Below, in pieces: positions 1 to 9,944 of a stretch of 64,000 nucleotides of DNA. Origin of the DNA: Felis catus (lineage: Eukaryota); the NCBI RefSeq assembly GCF_018350175.1, contig NC_058368.1, positions 60,886,001-60,950,000 on the forward strand, given 5' to 3'. The notes under the pieces were generated by a model, which was not told the origin of the DNA, did no database searches, and saw only the letters and a program-made list of their open reading frames with translations. Numbering within the stretch: position 1 is the stretch's first letter; the number at the start of each line of letters is the position of its first letter. Position numbers and translations under genes: made by a program.

Positions 1-64
1 ATCATCCATCATTCTACCTGTTCCCCCCCCCCCCCCATTTAGCAGACTCTATAGTTTCTCAATA

Positions 65-310
65 CAGGTGAACCTTGAACAACATGGGTATGAAAGGTGT
101 GGGTCCAATTAGGTGTGTTTTTTTTTTTTTTAATAAACATAGTAAATACTTTTTAGCCTTTTCCCTAGCTTTATTGTAAGAGTACTGTACATAATACAGT
201 TAATTGACTTATTGCTAAGGCCAACAGTAAGCTATTAGTTTTTGGGGAGTCAAAAGTTAAACATTTTCAACTGCAAGGGGCATTGATCCCCCAACCCACC
301 TCTTCAAAGT
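65..310. mobile_element. Tigger2-family (TcMar-Tigger) non-autonomous DNA transposon remnant
   Basis: Starts TA|CAGGTGAACCTTGAACAACATGGG, resembling the Tigger2/MER28 TIR CAGTTGACCCTTGAACAAC. Internal 'tttggggagtcaaaagtta' also fits this family. Confidence 0.65.
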
Positions 311-758
311 ACTTTTATAAGAACTAAGATGAATGTCCTTCTAGAGCTCTGTTTCTGTAGCATACTGAATAAAAATGTAACATAATACATCTTTACAAAG
401 TATTGTATATTTTGGTTTGCTTTTTCTTCACACAAAGCTGAAAGCCACTGAAAAAGGCTTGTAATAAGTAATGAGTGCCTCTGTTTCCAATACCAAGCTC
501 AGTGCCTGATAACAAATAGAAAAATTAGTAAATGGCAGTAGGGAGAAAGAAAACCCAACATGATCTTGTAAATGTAGAAGGTAAATTATAAGAGCCATAT
601 GAGGTTCGAAACTCTCATTGAGGGGAAAACTTAGTTAAGGTGAGCATTGGTACAGCAGAAATATGTGGAGAAGATGTAAATTTTATTTTATAATCGATAA
701 GTAATAGCATGATAGGTTTCTTCATAAATAGCCTTTAGTAAAGAATGCATAATTTGAC

Positions 759-960
759 GGGCACCTGCGTGGCTCAGTCAGTTAAGCGTCTGCCTTGGGC
801 TCAGGTCATGATCTTGCAGTTTGTGAGTTTAAGCCCAGAGCCTGGACAGCTCAGAGCCTGGAGCCTGCTTTGGATTCTGTGTTGTCATCTCTCTCTGTCC
901 CCTCCCCTGCTCATGCTCTATCTCTCAAAAAAAAAATAAATGTTAAACTTTTTTTAAAAA
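759..960 (+). mobile_element. Can-SINE (tRNA-derived)
   Basis: GGGCACCTGCGTGGCTCAGTCAGTTAAGCG head, CT-rich tract, A tail. Perfect 19-bp TSD TAAAGAATGCATAATTTGA at 739-757 and 961-979. Confidence 0.95.
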
Positions 961-1657
961 TAAAGAATGCATAATTTGATAGAAAACAAGAACATGACAT
1001 TTTTCTGTGGTAATATGTCAGTAGATTGTATCCCTTAGGGCATGGGGCAGTTCAACTCACAAACTGGATTAGACAGTCCATGTTCTCAAAGCTCTTCATC
1101 TTACATTAAGATTGTCAGATATCTTTCAGTTTAAGTGCTAGAATAATGAAAATAACAAGATGGTGTGGGAACACAGAAGAGACCCCCTACTGAATCCTTT
1201 AAAAGTCTGAGAGGAACTAGAATTCCAAGAAGGAAAAACTGGTGCAGAATCTTGGAGGTGACCATAACCTATTCGAACTTGAATGTACCATCTGATGAGA
1301 GCAGAGATAAGGAAATAAACTGAAATATATGCTTTGTTTTATAAGGCAAATGGTCTTAGTCCACTGCGGTGAAACCTAGGAAAATTGGGTTTCACTTGTA
1401 TAGTATTTTATTACTTTAATGTAGCACTGAATTTAAAGTCAGGTTGTGTCATAGATGTTCTCTTCCTTCACACTCTGAAAATGGCCATTTTGGGTTGCCT
1501 CAGACAGGCATTGCAGCCATTAACTCCTACCCTAACAGGGGAATTGATGGAGGCAGTGTACCTCTGATTTTGTATTAGACCCACTTTCCTGCCCTTTCTT
1601 TTTTGCCTTTATTTTGCCAGGACTGTGGTCATTTTTTTCCCTTGTGACTTTTTTTTT

Positions 1658-1691
<34 letters not shown>

Positions 1692-1936
1692 GGGTACATG
1701 ATTTCTAGTGAACCATGTTTCTATGAGTTTCTGTGATTTCACATATTACTGTCCTTGCTGATAGGAAACTTTTGGGTCACTTGTCCCAGATAATGTCTTT
1801 GAGTAGCTTAATTTTTTTCTGGTCCTTATCACATAGGAAACCTAAAATATTACCATGAAGACAGAGTCAAACCTTAGGTGGTTCCTACACCAAGTAGCAG
1901 ACTTGTAGGTCTTCAGCTAAAATTGTTAAATACAAG

Positions 1937-2228
1937 TGTTACGGAACTTGGTCTGGATCACCTGGCAGAAGAACCAAGCAAGCACTCAGATCTTGGAAGG
2001 CAGGAGGTTTATTTTTCACCGGAGGGCTTGGATCACTCTCCAGAAGTCTGAGTCCTGAGCATAAACAGAGGGAACAATTTATAGTCTGTTACTTCCTCAT
2101 TCTGCATTAGTAGTAATTTGGCGCCTGTGGCAAGCTGGACAGGAAGAACCCAGAAGGGGTCTTCTGTCATGGACTGGAATTTCCCTGTCAGTCCTGTTGG
2201 CCATTTTATAACAGATTTTTCCCTATCA
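1937..2228 (-). mobile_element. Solo LTR (ERV1-like)
   Basis: TG...CA termini; TTTATT near 2008 (AATAAA on the minus strand); 4-bp flanks CAAG/TAAG (one mismatch); higher GC than the flanks. Confidence 0.65.
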
Positions 2229-3124
2229 TAAGTACTTAGGGTTTAAAAATCATTGACAGAGACCTGTTAAATGAAGTCCAAGGACTTTAATATCTTCAGT
2301 CATTAAATGGTCAAATTGATGTGAATAATAGTCAGACATAATTATTCCAAACTATATACTTTAACTGGTATTTTTACATATGTATTGCCCAATTTGCAAT
2401 TTGTTTCCAGAGGGGTGATTGGAAGCTAATCCAATGATAGAATGCATAGCCACAACTTTTCTGAGGCAAGGGAACCAGAAATAAGTCAAATCTTTAAATA
2501 CATGTGACTACCCAGTACGTAGAAATGTAAATTTTGTATAATGTTACAGGAAATATGAAGACAAACTAAAGTATATTCAGAGGTAGGCAAAAATAATCAT
2601 GAGTTCTAAATATTTGGATAGAACAACCAAAGTCCTTATTCTAGAAAATGGAAGGTTTCAAGAGTATGTAAAATCCTTATCCTATTTGAAATTAGCTTAT
2701 GTCGAAGAAGGTTTAGGTTTTACCACTTTAATTGTTGCTTTAGAATGGGAAGGGGTGACTGCAAGTTTAAGATGGAGAAACCTATTTGCATCCTTAAAGG
2801 GTTTCTACATAATAATGAGGAAAGTCAAGAGGTGGTATTTCTTTGACAGATACTTGGTATATCATGAAGCATTTAACTTAATTTTGTGGGAATTGTACTA
2901 ATTGTCCTCTAAACTCCGAATTCTCTGCCTTTTCAGGACTAATCCTAGTACATGCTGTAAAGACAAAAATTGATAAAAATATCACTTCAGCCTGTCATTT
3001 TTTGATTAAAACTTGCTTCTGTCACTGTCCAGAATAGATTATTGAAAATTACCCTAAATTTCCACTTGCTCTTAACCATCCATGTATAAGCCTCTTAACC
3101 CCTTGAACTTTAGTATAACAATCA

Positions 3125-3290
3125 TGGTTCTGAGTGTAAGCTCTGTAGAATCCTGGCTCATTCTACCTATTAGCTGAATGATCTTGGATAAGTAACTTAA
3201 TATCACTAACCTCAATTCCTTTATCTACAAAATTGAGAAAATAGGATTATAATCCAGGATTGCTTTGAAAAGGAGTGAAATAAATTTGCA
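3125..3290 (+). mobile_element. MIR SINE remnant
   Basis: MIR core-like 'aatcctggctc...tattagctg..tgatcttggataagtaacttaa...cctcaattcctttatctacaaaattgaga'. Confidence 0.7.
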
Positions 3291-3661
3291 TGGGGGGAGC
3301 TTGTCACCCTTGAGTTCTTTTAAACTATAGCTCTTCGAAGGGGGTTTAACATCTATATAGTTTGATTAATGTCTGTTAAGCTAGAACTGCTAATGTTACC
3401 AGGTTATATATGTACACCAGGTATTTTTCAGTTAATACTCTCTAATTCATAATTATTACAAGATCATTTTCAAGTATTTTTAGAAGTGTCAGTAACTATA
3501 AATACCACAGACACTTAGTTTTGGAGTTGGAGATTTTAATACATTCAAAAGAAGAAATACTTTTGTGAGTTTGGACCATACTTACAATATTACCAGTAAT
3601 ACATCTAGCTGTTTTGCAGACTATAATCAAATTTGAAATCATTCCAGTTGATTCATGGTAT

Positions 3662-3970
3662 TATGGTAGAGTCCCCTCCCTAAGGAATGTGGTGAGAAGG
3701 GACCTCAAGGTAAGGGAAGGCAACCTGACTATGTGCTTATGTGACACCCCTCAAGACCCTGTAATATGAGAAAGCCCAATCAGACTGTATGTCTATATGC
3801 TACCCGTATATGGGAGACAGAAGTAGAAAATGCATAAAAGGTTATACCACATGGTGCTTGGAGCTCAGTTTTTTGGGTACAAACCTTCTGAGCCTGTGCA
3901 GGCATGAATCAAGTTGCCTCCTGGACAGAAATGCCTCGGTGTTGCATTTCTATGTGAGAATCCTGCTACA
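3662..3970 (+). repeat. 5' LTR of provirus
   Basis: T(A)TGGTAGAGTCCCCTCCC...GAGAATCCTGCTACA, a direct repeat of 9454-9748. CATAAAA TATA-like box near 3833. Confidence 0.92.
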
Positions 3971-3975
3971 TTTGT

Positions 3976-3994
3976 TGGAGGGCTCATCCAGGAT
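3976..3994 (+). promoter_or_regulatory. Primer binding site, tRNA-Pro-like
   Basis: TGGAGGGCTCATCCAGGAT versus canonical TGGGGGCTCGTCCGGGAT (one inserted base, two CpG-type transitions), a few nt after the 5' LTR. Confidence 0.75.
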
Positions 3995-5187
3995 TCAGAG
4001 ATGGTGTGTTTCCACCTCCTTTGTCGCCCGAGGTGCGAATCTCAGGGCATCGGGAGAAGTGAGCTTGCCTGATGCCAGCAGAAATTCCTCCAATGAAAAC
4101 TAAGTTAAAATTCTGGTAAGTGTAATTAAGACTGATAATAAGGAAGTAACTCCATATGTGTGGGAGGGAAAAAAAGGAAAAGAAACGTAAAACAAATGGA
4201 AATACATTTTTGCTGAAGGTAAAAGTAAAAAGCAAAGTTGTAGAACGTTTTGGAGGGAAATCTTTAGAAAGAAACTTTATGTGGTCAGGATGGACTAAGG
4301 TTAAAATGGATTTTAAAAGTACACTGGTATAAGATTAAAATTCTGCTTTACTGTGTTAAAAAGGAAGTTTTCTTGGATTGTTGGTATGCTTTCGGTTAAA
4401 AAAAAAAAATTATTTGACCTTTTTGTCTGCCCAGAAAGATGGAGGAATAAAACAGTTTTAACCAAAAGGGCAGGACAGCATGTTCTTTTGAGTTGTTTTA
4501 CTCAAACCGTGGTTGAAATGGTCCCTCCTTTGATCCAGAGGCTGGGGAGGTGGGCAGTGTCCTTGCTGGCAGCCTTGAAATGCTCCATGTTTGTTTGTTG
4601 AGCAAAGGAATGGATGCCTGTGCCATGTAAGGCATATATGACTAAAATATATAAAGGGCTTTTACTGGAATACATAGCCATTTTGCTATACTTAGCCAAG
4701 TGTATGCCATTTTATAACAACCTAGATACTCTAAAATGGATATCCACATGGCTGGAACATATTTATGTGGGCACTGCTGAAAAAGGCAAGGGAATAGACC
4801 TTGACTTTGGCCCTTTTAGCCCTCTTTACAGCCAATCTTTACAAAAGGTTTTCATCAGCCTTTTAAAACATACTTGTAAAGAAGATTGCTGTTGTGCCAA
4901 AATAAAATTGTTGTATCCTTCTACAACCAGGGAAGTCTTGCTTGGTCACAGTCGATACCCCCAAAGTCCTGCAGGTGGAAAACAGAAATAGGAGAAATCA
5001 GGGAAGACGAGGTCAGCTCTCCAAGGTAGGGTCAAGCCTGGATAAGAGCAACTGCACCTCCTAGCACCTTGAGAGACTGGCAGAGCTTTTGGCTGCCAGT
5101 TGAATAACCGGCCTAAAGGCAGGGCTGGGAAATGAGACTTCTCCTGGTCAACTATAGAAAATTGAGATATGGGACTTTTCCCTATAG

Positions 5188-6006
5188 ATGGGCGATTCCC
5201 CAGCCAAGGCCAATACTCCTTTGGAATGCATTCTAAAAATTGGTATGATATTGATCTATAAACTCTGAGGAAAAAGCAACTCCCTAATCATCATGGGGCT
5301 GGAAGTCCTATAGGGAACTTGGAGTTTTCTACTGCGGCTTGCTAGTTCCATCCCAAGATCCTATTTGGGATTATGAGCATCCCATTGAGAAAACGGTATT
5401 ACCACCACTTCCAAGCTTGTACTTTAAAGAAATTAAGGAGGTCTAAGGTTAAGCCCTTAAATTATGCTAAATTAGCCACTATTTTACAAATACAGAATGA
5501 GAGCCTGATGGTCTTCCTGGAGAGGTTAAGGGAGGAGGATCTCATTAAACATATGGCTATCTCCCCTGACCCCCTCTAAGGCTGGGATGATTTTAAAGGA
5601 CAAATTTGTCACTCAATCAGCCCTAGATGTTAAAGGGATATGCAGAAATTGACTGTCTGCCTGGAAGGGACCTCGGAGGAGAGCTTATGAAATGTCAATC
5701 AGGTATATTACAACTAAGATTAAAAAAACAAAACAACCCCCCCCCCCCACCTTTTGAAGACAAATCTGAGGCCTTAGTTGTGACCTTACACACTAAGTCA
5801 GACCAGACTTCCTGAGGTTCTGGCACTAAATGCCACTTAGGTTTCAATCAGTGCACTGGAAATGAGACTGTCCTCAGAAGGGACAACAGAAATCAAAGCC
5901 CTGCAAACTATGCCTATTATGTGGAGACCATCACTGGAAGTCTGAATGCCCTCAGGGACCTCTATCTGTGAGGTCTCAGATAACCTGTGTCCCTGAAAGA
6001 GATTGA
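5188..6006 (+). pseudogene. gag: ERV gag remnant, internally deleted and frameshifted, HERV-W/ERV9-like
   Basis: MGDSPAKANTPLECILK.. matrix start; KPLNYAKLATILQ..ES..FLERLRE major homology region (~5450-5540); CLLCGDHHWKSEC zinc knuckle (~5911-5949); TGA at 6004-6006 just before pro. Confidence 0.88.
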
Positions 6007-6059
6007 TGGGGCCTGGGGCTCTTTCCGGTGCCTCTCCAGAACAATTGTCTAATGGAAGC

Positions 6060-6320
6060 CTGGAGCCTCCAATAACTCTGGAAAACTCAGATGAGTAAAA
6101 AGCCAGTTCATTTCTTTCTTGATACCAGAGCCACCTTTTCTGTCCTTTCCACTCCTGGCCAACTGTCCAAATTTAGAATTAAAATTTTCTCTCAGCCCCT
6201 GTGATGTGTATGGGGAAAACTAGTTTTTTTTTTTTTTTTTTTTTTCTCTCTCGATACCAGAGAGCCTTACTCCCTTGCTAGAAAGGGGCATTACAACTAA
6301 ATTAGAGACTAAAGTGCTAC
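6060..6320 (+). pseudogene. pro: ERV protease remnant
   Basis: FFLDT(R)ATFSVLS active-site-like motif (~6112-6150), FSQPL, and PESLTPLL(E)RGI (compare PESPTPLLGRDI). Interrupted by a poly-T run. Confidence 0.82.
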
Positions 6321-6439
6321 TAACTTTAGGTCAGATAAATGTGTGCTTTGGGGAATTACGGAATATTGTAGTCTATAGATACTGGGGTCCAGGAAAATAA
6401 TTTGCTATATAGTTATTAAAGGAGACTCAATCCTACCTT

Positions 6440-6892
6440 CTCTCCCAAGGAAATAAACTGGGGTCTGACTCATGGACACTGACTCCAGCCGTCGGGATGG
6501 TTACAAACAAAGCAGGGGCAATTACTAATTACCTAGCACACAGAGCTAAAGTTGATTAAAGCACTGCATCAGGCCTTCCATTTAGGGAGGGATAAAACTT
6601 ACCAAATGGTCCAAAAGATATTTGCTGGAAAAATTTGTCAAAGATCCTTCAGGTAGTATCAGCCAGTGAAGTTTGTCTTAGAAGCAGTCCTCTCAATGAC
6701 AAACTTGCCCTCCCAGGCAATCAAGGAACTGGAGGCTATCCAGAGAAAACTGGCAATTAGATTTCACTCAAAGGGGTTTCAACATTTGTTGGTATGGGTT
6801 AATACTTTTATTGAGTAGAGGCCTTCCCCTGAAAGAAAAGTCACAAGAAATAAAAGTTCTGCTTTATAGAATTATACCCAGGTTGGCTTGAC
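6440..6892 (+). pseudogene. pol: Integrase N-terminal half remnant (HERV-W/ERV9-like)
   Basis: EINWG..HG..LQPSGWLQT, KALHQAFHLG (zinc-finger histidines), ENWQLDFT, HLLVWVNTF, IIPR(F)GL. RT/RNaseH absent upstream. Confidence 0.85.
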
Positions 6893-6904
6893 TAAAATAT
6901 ACTC

Positions 6905-7240
6905 AGCAAAACTAAATCACACCTCACAAGCATTAGATACTTTAAATAAGTCAGTGCCAGACTCTTGGAAAATAGAGCTGCCATTGATTGCTTACTCCTC
7001 TTCCATCCCCTGGGTTATGAGAGATTCCCTGACATGTTTCAATATAACCGATAATTTTCAGTCTTAAAACTGATGACATTCGGGCATAACTAGACAAAGT
7101 TATGAGACAAAGAGACAAAGTCAGGGTCTCTTAGATTGTTTGGGAACTGGGGATATTTTAAGATGCCATCTTGTTGGTCCTTACAATCTTTGTGTTTTTC
7201 TTTGTCTCCCAATGTTTATACTGCTTCATGCCTGCCAGCC
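6905..7240 (+). pseudogene. env: Env TM fragment with alpharetrovirus-like immunosuppressive domain
   Basis: KLNHTSQALDTLN...LLENRAAIDCLLLFHPLGYERFPDM/FNITDN (from 6962), followed by a hydrophobic ILLVLTIFVFFFV stretch (~7168-7206). Confidence 0.7.
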
Positions 7241-7473
7241 TTTCTGTAGAACCATTCGGTGGGCCACTTGACTGACTCATGGGTAGCCTCTGACTGCTTT
7301 ACCCCCACACCATTCCTTAGCTTGAAGAAGCCAGAATTGTCATTGTGTCTGTTCCCTGATGGCAGTTAGGGACCCTATTCCAGGGGGAGGAATGAATAGG
7401 AAAATGGTTAACACTAGGGAGAGAGAAGGGGTCTTCAGGGAGGCAGACTGCAGCTGTAAATGGGAGGCTCAAG

Positions 7474-7830
7474 AAGCAGACAGGGTTGTCCCCTTATGAA
7501 ATCTGTTATGGGTACATTCCCCCTATTATCAAGGGCATAAGTGGGGCAGCGGCAGTGGTGGTGGGGGGGGGGGGGGAGTCAAAATGAGACAATCTAACCC
7601 TAAGGCAATAAATATGGGCCCTTAGCTCTATGCTAACCACCTTACACCACTGAGTTAGGGACCACACACCGCTTTAAACCAGGATGCTGTATGGGTAAAG
7701 GAGTGGAATGTCCAACCCCTAAAACTCCTCTGGAGGGGCCCATTCACTGTCATTTTGTCTACTCCAACTCTGGTAAAGATGGCTGAGGTGGGTCCTTGGA
7801 TTCACTACAGTAGAGTGAAGCTGGCATCTC
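7474..7830 (+). pseudogene. pol: Integrase C-terminal half remnant (ERV3/HERV-E/I-like)
   Basis: KQTGLSPYEICYG..P.IIKGI, then AVWVKEWNVQPLKLLWRGPFTVILSTPTLVKMAEVGPWIHYSRVK (GPY/F module). Confidence 0.88.
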
Positions 7831-8239
7831 AAAACTGGGTGTGCATTCCTGGTCCACTGATGCCCTGCAAGTTGACCATATGGAAGAATCAGTCTGCAAC
7901 TCCAGAGGCTCTGGTACACCTCAGCCCTGCTTTAGTCACTCCAGAAGCTGACTAATCTACACATAGTAGAAGCTTGAGGAATTGACGATCCAGTGGAACA
8001 AATAGACTGTCCTTATTTTCTGTTTCCTTACTGTGATATACTGCACCCATTGTCTGTCACTGTTGTGATCTTTGCTCTACATTTCACCATAGGATTAGCA
8101 GAGGCCACCCCAGCCAGCTGCGAGTATGGTGAGAGGTTTCTGTTAGCACTGGGCTTCCTTTTGTGGTATAGGATGCTTTGTTGGTACCAACATGGGGGAT
8201 CAATAACAAAATACCCTAGTCCTATTACCTCAGTTAATG

Positions 8240-9437
8240 GGAAAAACTCTTGCCTGGTAGGGGAGAAAGTTCACAGTCTCTGTGAATCTTAACATGTGTA
8301 GGCTGAAAATTTTAAAACTCAACCTCTGGGGAAACCTAATGGTGGTAGTCTCCAGAGCCCAATCCCCACCTTTTTTTAAATTTCTGTTCTCTCCAAGAGG
8401 CCTGGGACAATGTCGACACAATTGTCAAATGGTAGATCCCAGGTGGACTATACTGGGTATGTGGACCAACTGCCTATACAGTACTTCCCTTAGACTGGTC
8501 AGGATCATGTGTGCTGGGAACTATTTGTCCATCTTTCTTCTTGCTCTCATTTGCCAGAGGGGAAATTTGGGAGTCCAAGTGTATTGGGACAGGGAGACTC
8601 AAAGGAAGCAACGTGCCTTACAGATTGGCAATTGGAATGATAAATGGCCTGAGCATATAATCAACATTATGGTCCTGCCACCTGGGAAGAAGATGGGTCC
8701 TGGGGCTACCATGCTCCTATTTACATGCTAAACTGCATAACTAGGCTGTGAGCAGTTGTAGAAATTATAACCAATAAAACTGCTAAGATTCTTAACTTAC
8801 TAGCGAAATAGCAGATGAAAATGTACAATGCTATCAAAGTCACTTGGCCTTAGATTACTTGCTTCTGAGGGAGTTGGTGGAAAGTTTAATGTGAGCAACT
8901 GCTGCCTACAGATAGGTGATGAAGGAAGAGTCATAGAGATCACAGATTGAGAAATTTTATTCATGTCCCATTCCAGACCTGAAAAGGTTGGAACCCCAGG
9001 GAGTTATTCTGAGGATGCTTTTCAATTCTTTGGGGTGGGGGGGGATTTCAAAACTGTCATGGGAATTATTCTCTTTTTTTTTTAATATATTTAAATGTTT
9101 GAGACAGAGACAGCATGAGTGGGGGAGGGGCAGAAAGGGAGGGAGACACAGAATCTGAAGCAGGCTCTAGGGTCTGAGCTGTCAGCACAGAGCCCTACGC
9201 AGGGCCCGAACTCATGACCCGTGAGTTCATGACCTGAGCCGAAGCCGGTTGCTCATCCAACTGAGCCACCCAGGTGCCCCGATCCTCTTGATTTTCAAAG
9301 ATTGCTTACTCCTACCTTGTTGAGCTCCCCTGGTTATTCAGTCTGTCTCCAGCCTCATTGAGGCAATAGTCAAATGAAAAATGGCCATGCATGTGATATG
9401 GAAATATAAACCTCTACACCAATATGATGCTCTTTGA
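8240..9437 (+). pseudogene. env: env remnant of ERV3 (HERV-R)/HERV-E type, most of SU deleted, multiple stops and frameshifts
   Basis: [34 protein letters not shown]; furin-like [60 protein letters not shown]; tail ending KYKPLHQYDAL* at 9437. A SINE interrupts the TM anchor. Confidence 0.9.
9075..9280 (-). mobile_element. Can-SINE inserted in ERV env
   Basis: Reverse-complement head ...CTGAGCCACCCAGGTGCCCC at 9280; T-rich tail at ~9075. Confidence 0.93.
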
Positions 9438-9440
9438 CCC

Positions 9441-9453
9441 AAAGTAAGGGGAA
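9441..9453 (+). promoter_or_regulatory. Polypurine tract
   Basis: AAAGTAAGGGGAA immediately before the TG of the 3' LTR. Confidence 0.8.
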
Positions 9454-9748
9454 TGTGGTAGAGTCCCCTCCCCAAGGAATGTGAGAAAAGACCTCAAGAT
9501 AAGGGAAGGAAACCTGACTATGTGCTTACATGACCTCCCTCATGCCCCTGTAACATGAGACCACCTGTTCAGAATGTATGTCTGTTAGTCATATGGGTGA
9601 CCAAGAAGTAGAACATGCATAAGAGGCTACACCATATGGTATTTGCAGCTCTGTGTTTTAGGTACAAACCTGAGTCCATGCTGGCATGAATAAAGTTACT
9701 TCCTGGACAGAAAAGCCTCAGTGTCCTGAATCTGAGAATCCTGCTGCA
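9454..9748 (+). repeat. 3' LTR of provirus
   Basis: TGTGGTAGAGTCCCCTCCCC...GAGAATCCTGCTGCA; AATAAA at 9689-9694. Confidence 0.92.
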
Positions 9749-9764
9749 GTACTAGTTACACTAT

Positions 9765-9927
9765 TTTATTTTTTAAGTTATTTAAAGAGTGCAAGAAGGG
9801 GAGGAGAGTAGTGAGAGAGGGAGAGAATCGCTGAGAGTGGAGCCCAGTGTGTGACTCAGTCCCACAACCCTGGTATGGTGACCTGAGCCAAAATCAAGAG
9901 TGGGATGCTCAACTGAGCCACCCGGCA
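9765..9927 (-). mobile_element. Degenerate Can-SINE
   Basis: 'gacctgagccaaaatcaagagtgggatgctcaactgagccaccc' reverse head. Confidence 0.8.
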
Positions 9928-9944
9928 GCTGTAGTTCTGTTACT

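Larger units (their letters stand above)
3662..9748 (+). mobile_element. Defective mosaic class I (gamma-like) endogenous retrovirus provirus
   Basis: Paired LTRs, 4-bp TSD GTAT/GTAC, PBS, PPT, and gag/pro/IN/env remnants in retroviral order. Confidence 0.95.

Noticed and set aside
2599..2901. 100-aa ATG-initiated ORF
   Set aside because: No recognisable domain, splice context or poly(A)/TSD of a retrocopy; compatible with chance.
6962..7060. Filovirus glycoprotein-derived element (AID.LL similarity)
   Set aside because: The spacing fits retroviral alpha-type TM better, and the segment is followed by a retroviral PPT/LTR-like boundary inside a provirus.
8240..9437. env as a domesticated syncytin-like gene (for example syncytin-Car1)
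   Set aside because: Multiple in-frame stops and frameshifts, most of SU missing, the first Cys of the CX7CC motif lost, and a SINE in the TM anchor. It cannot encode a full envelope.
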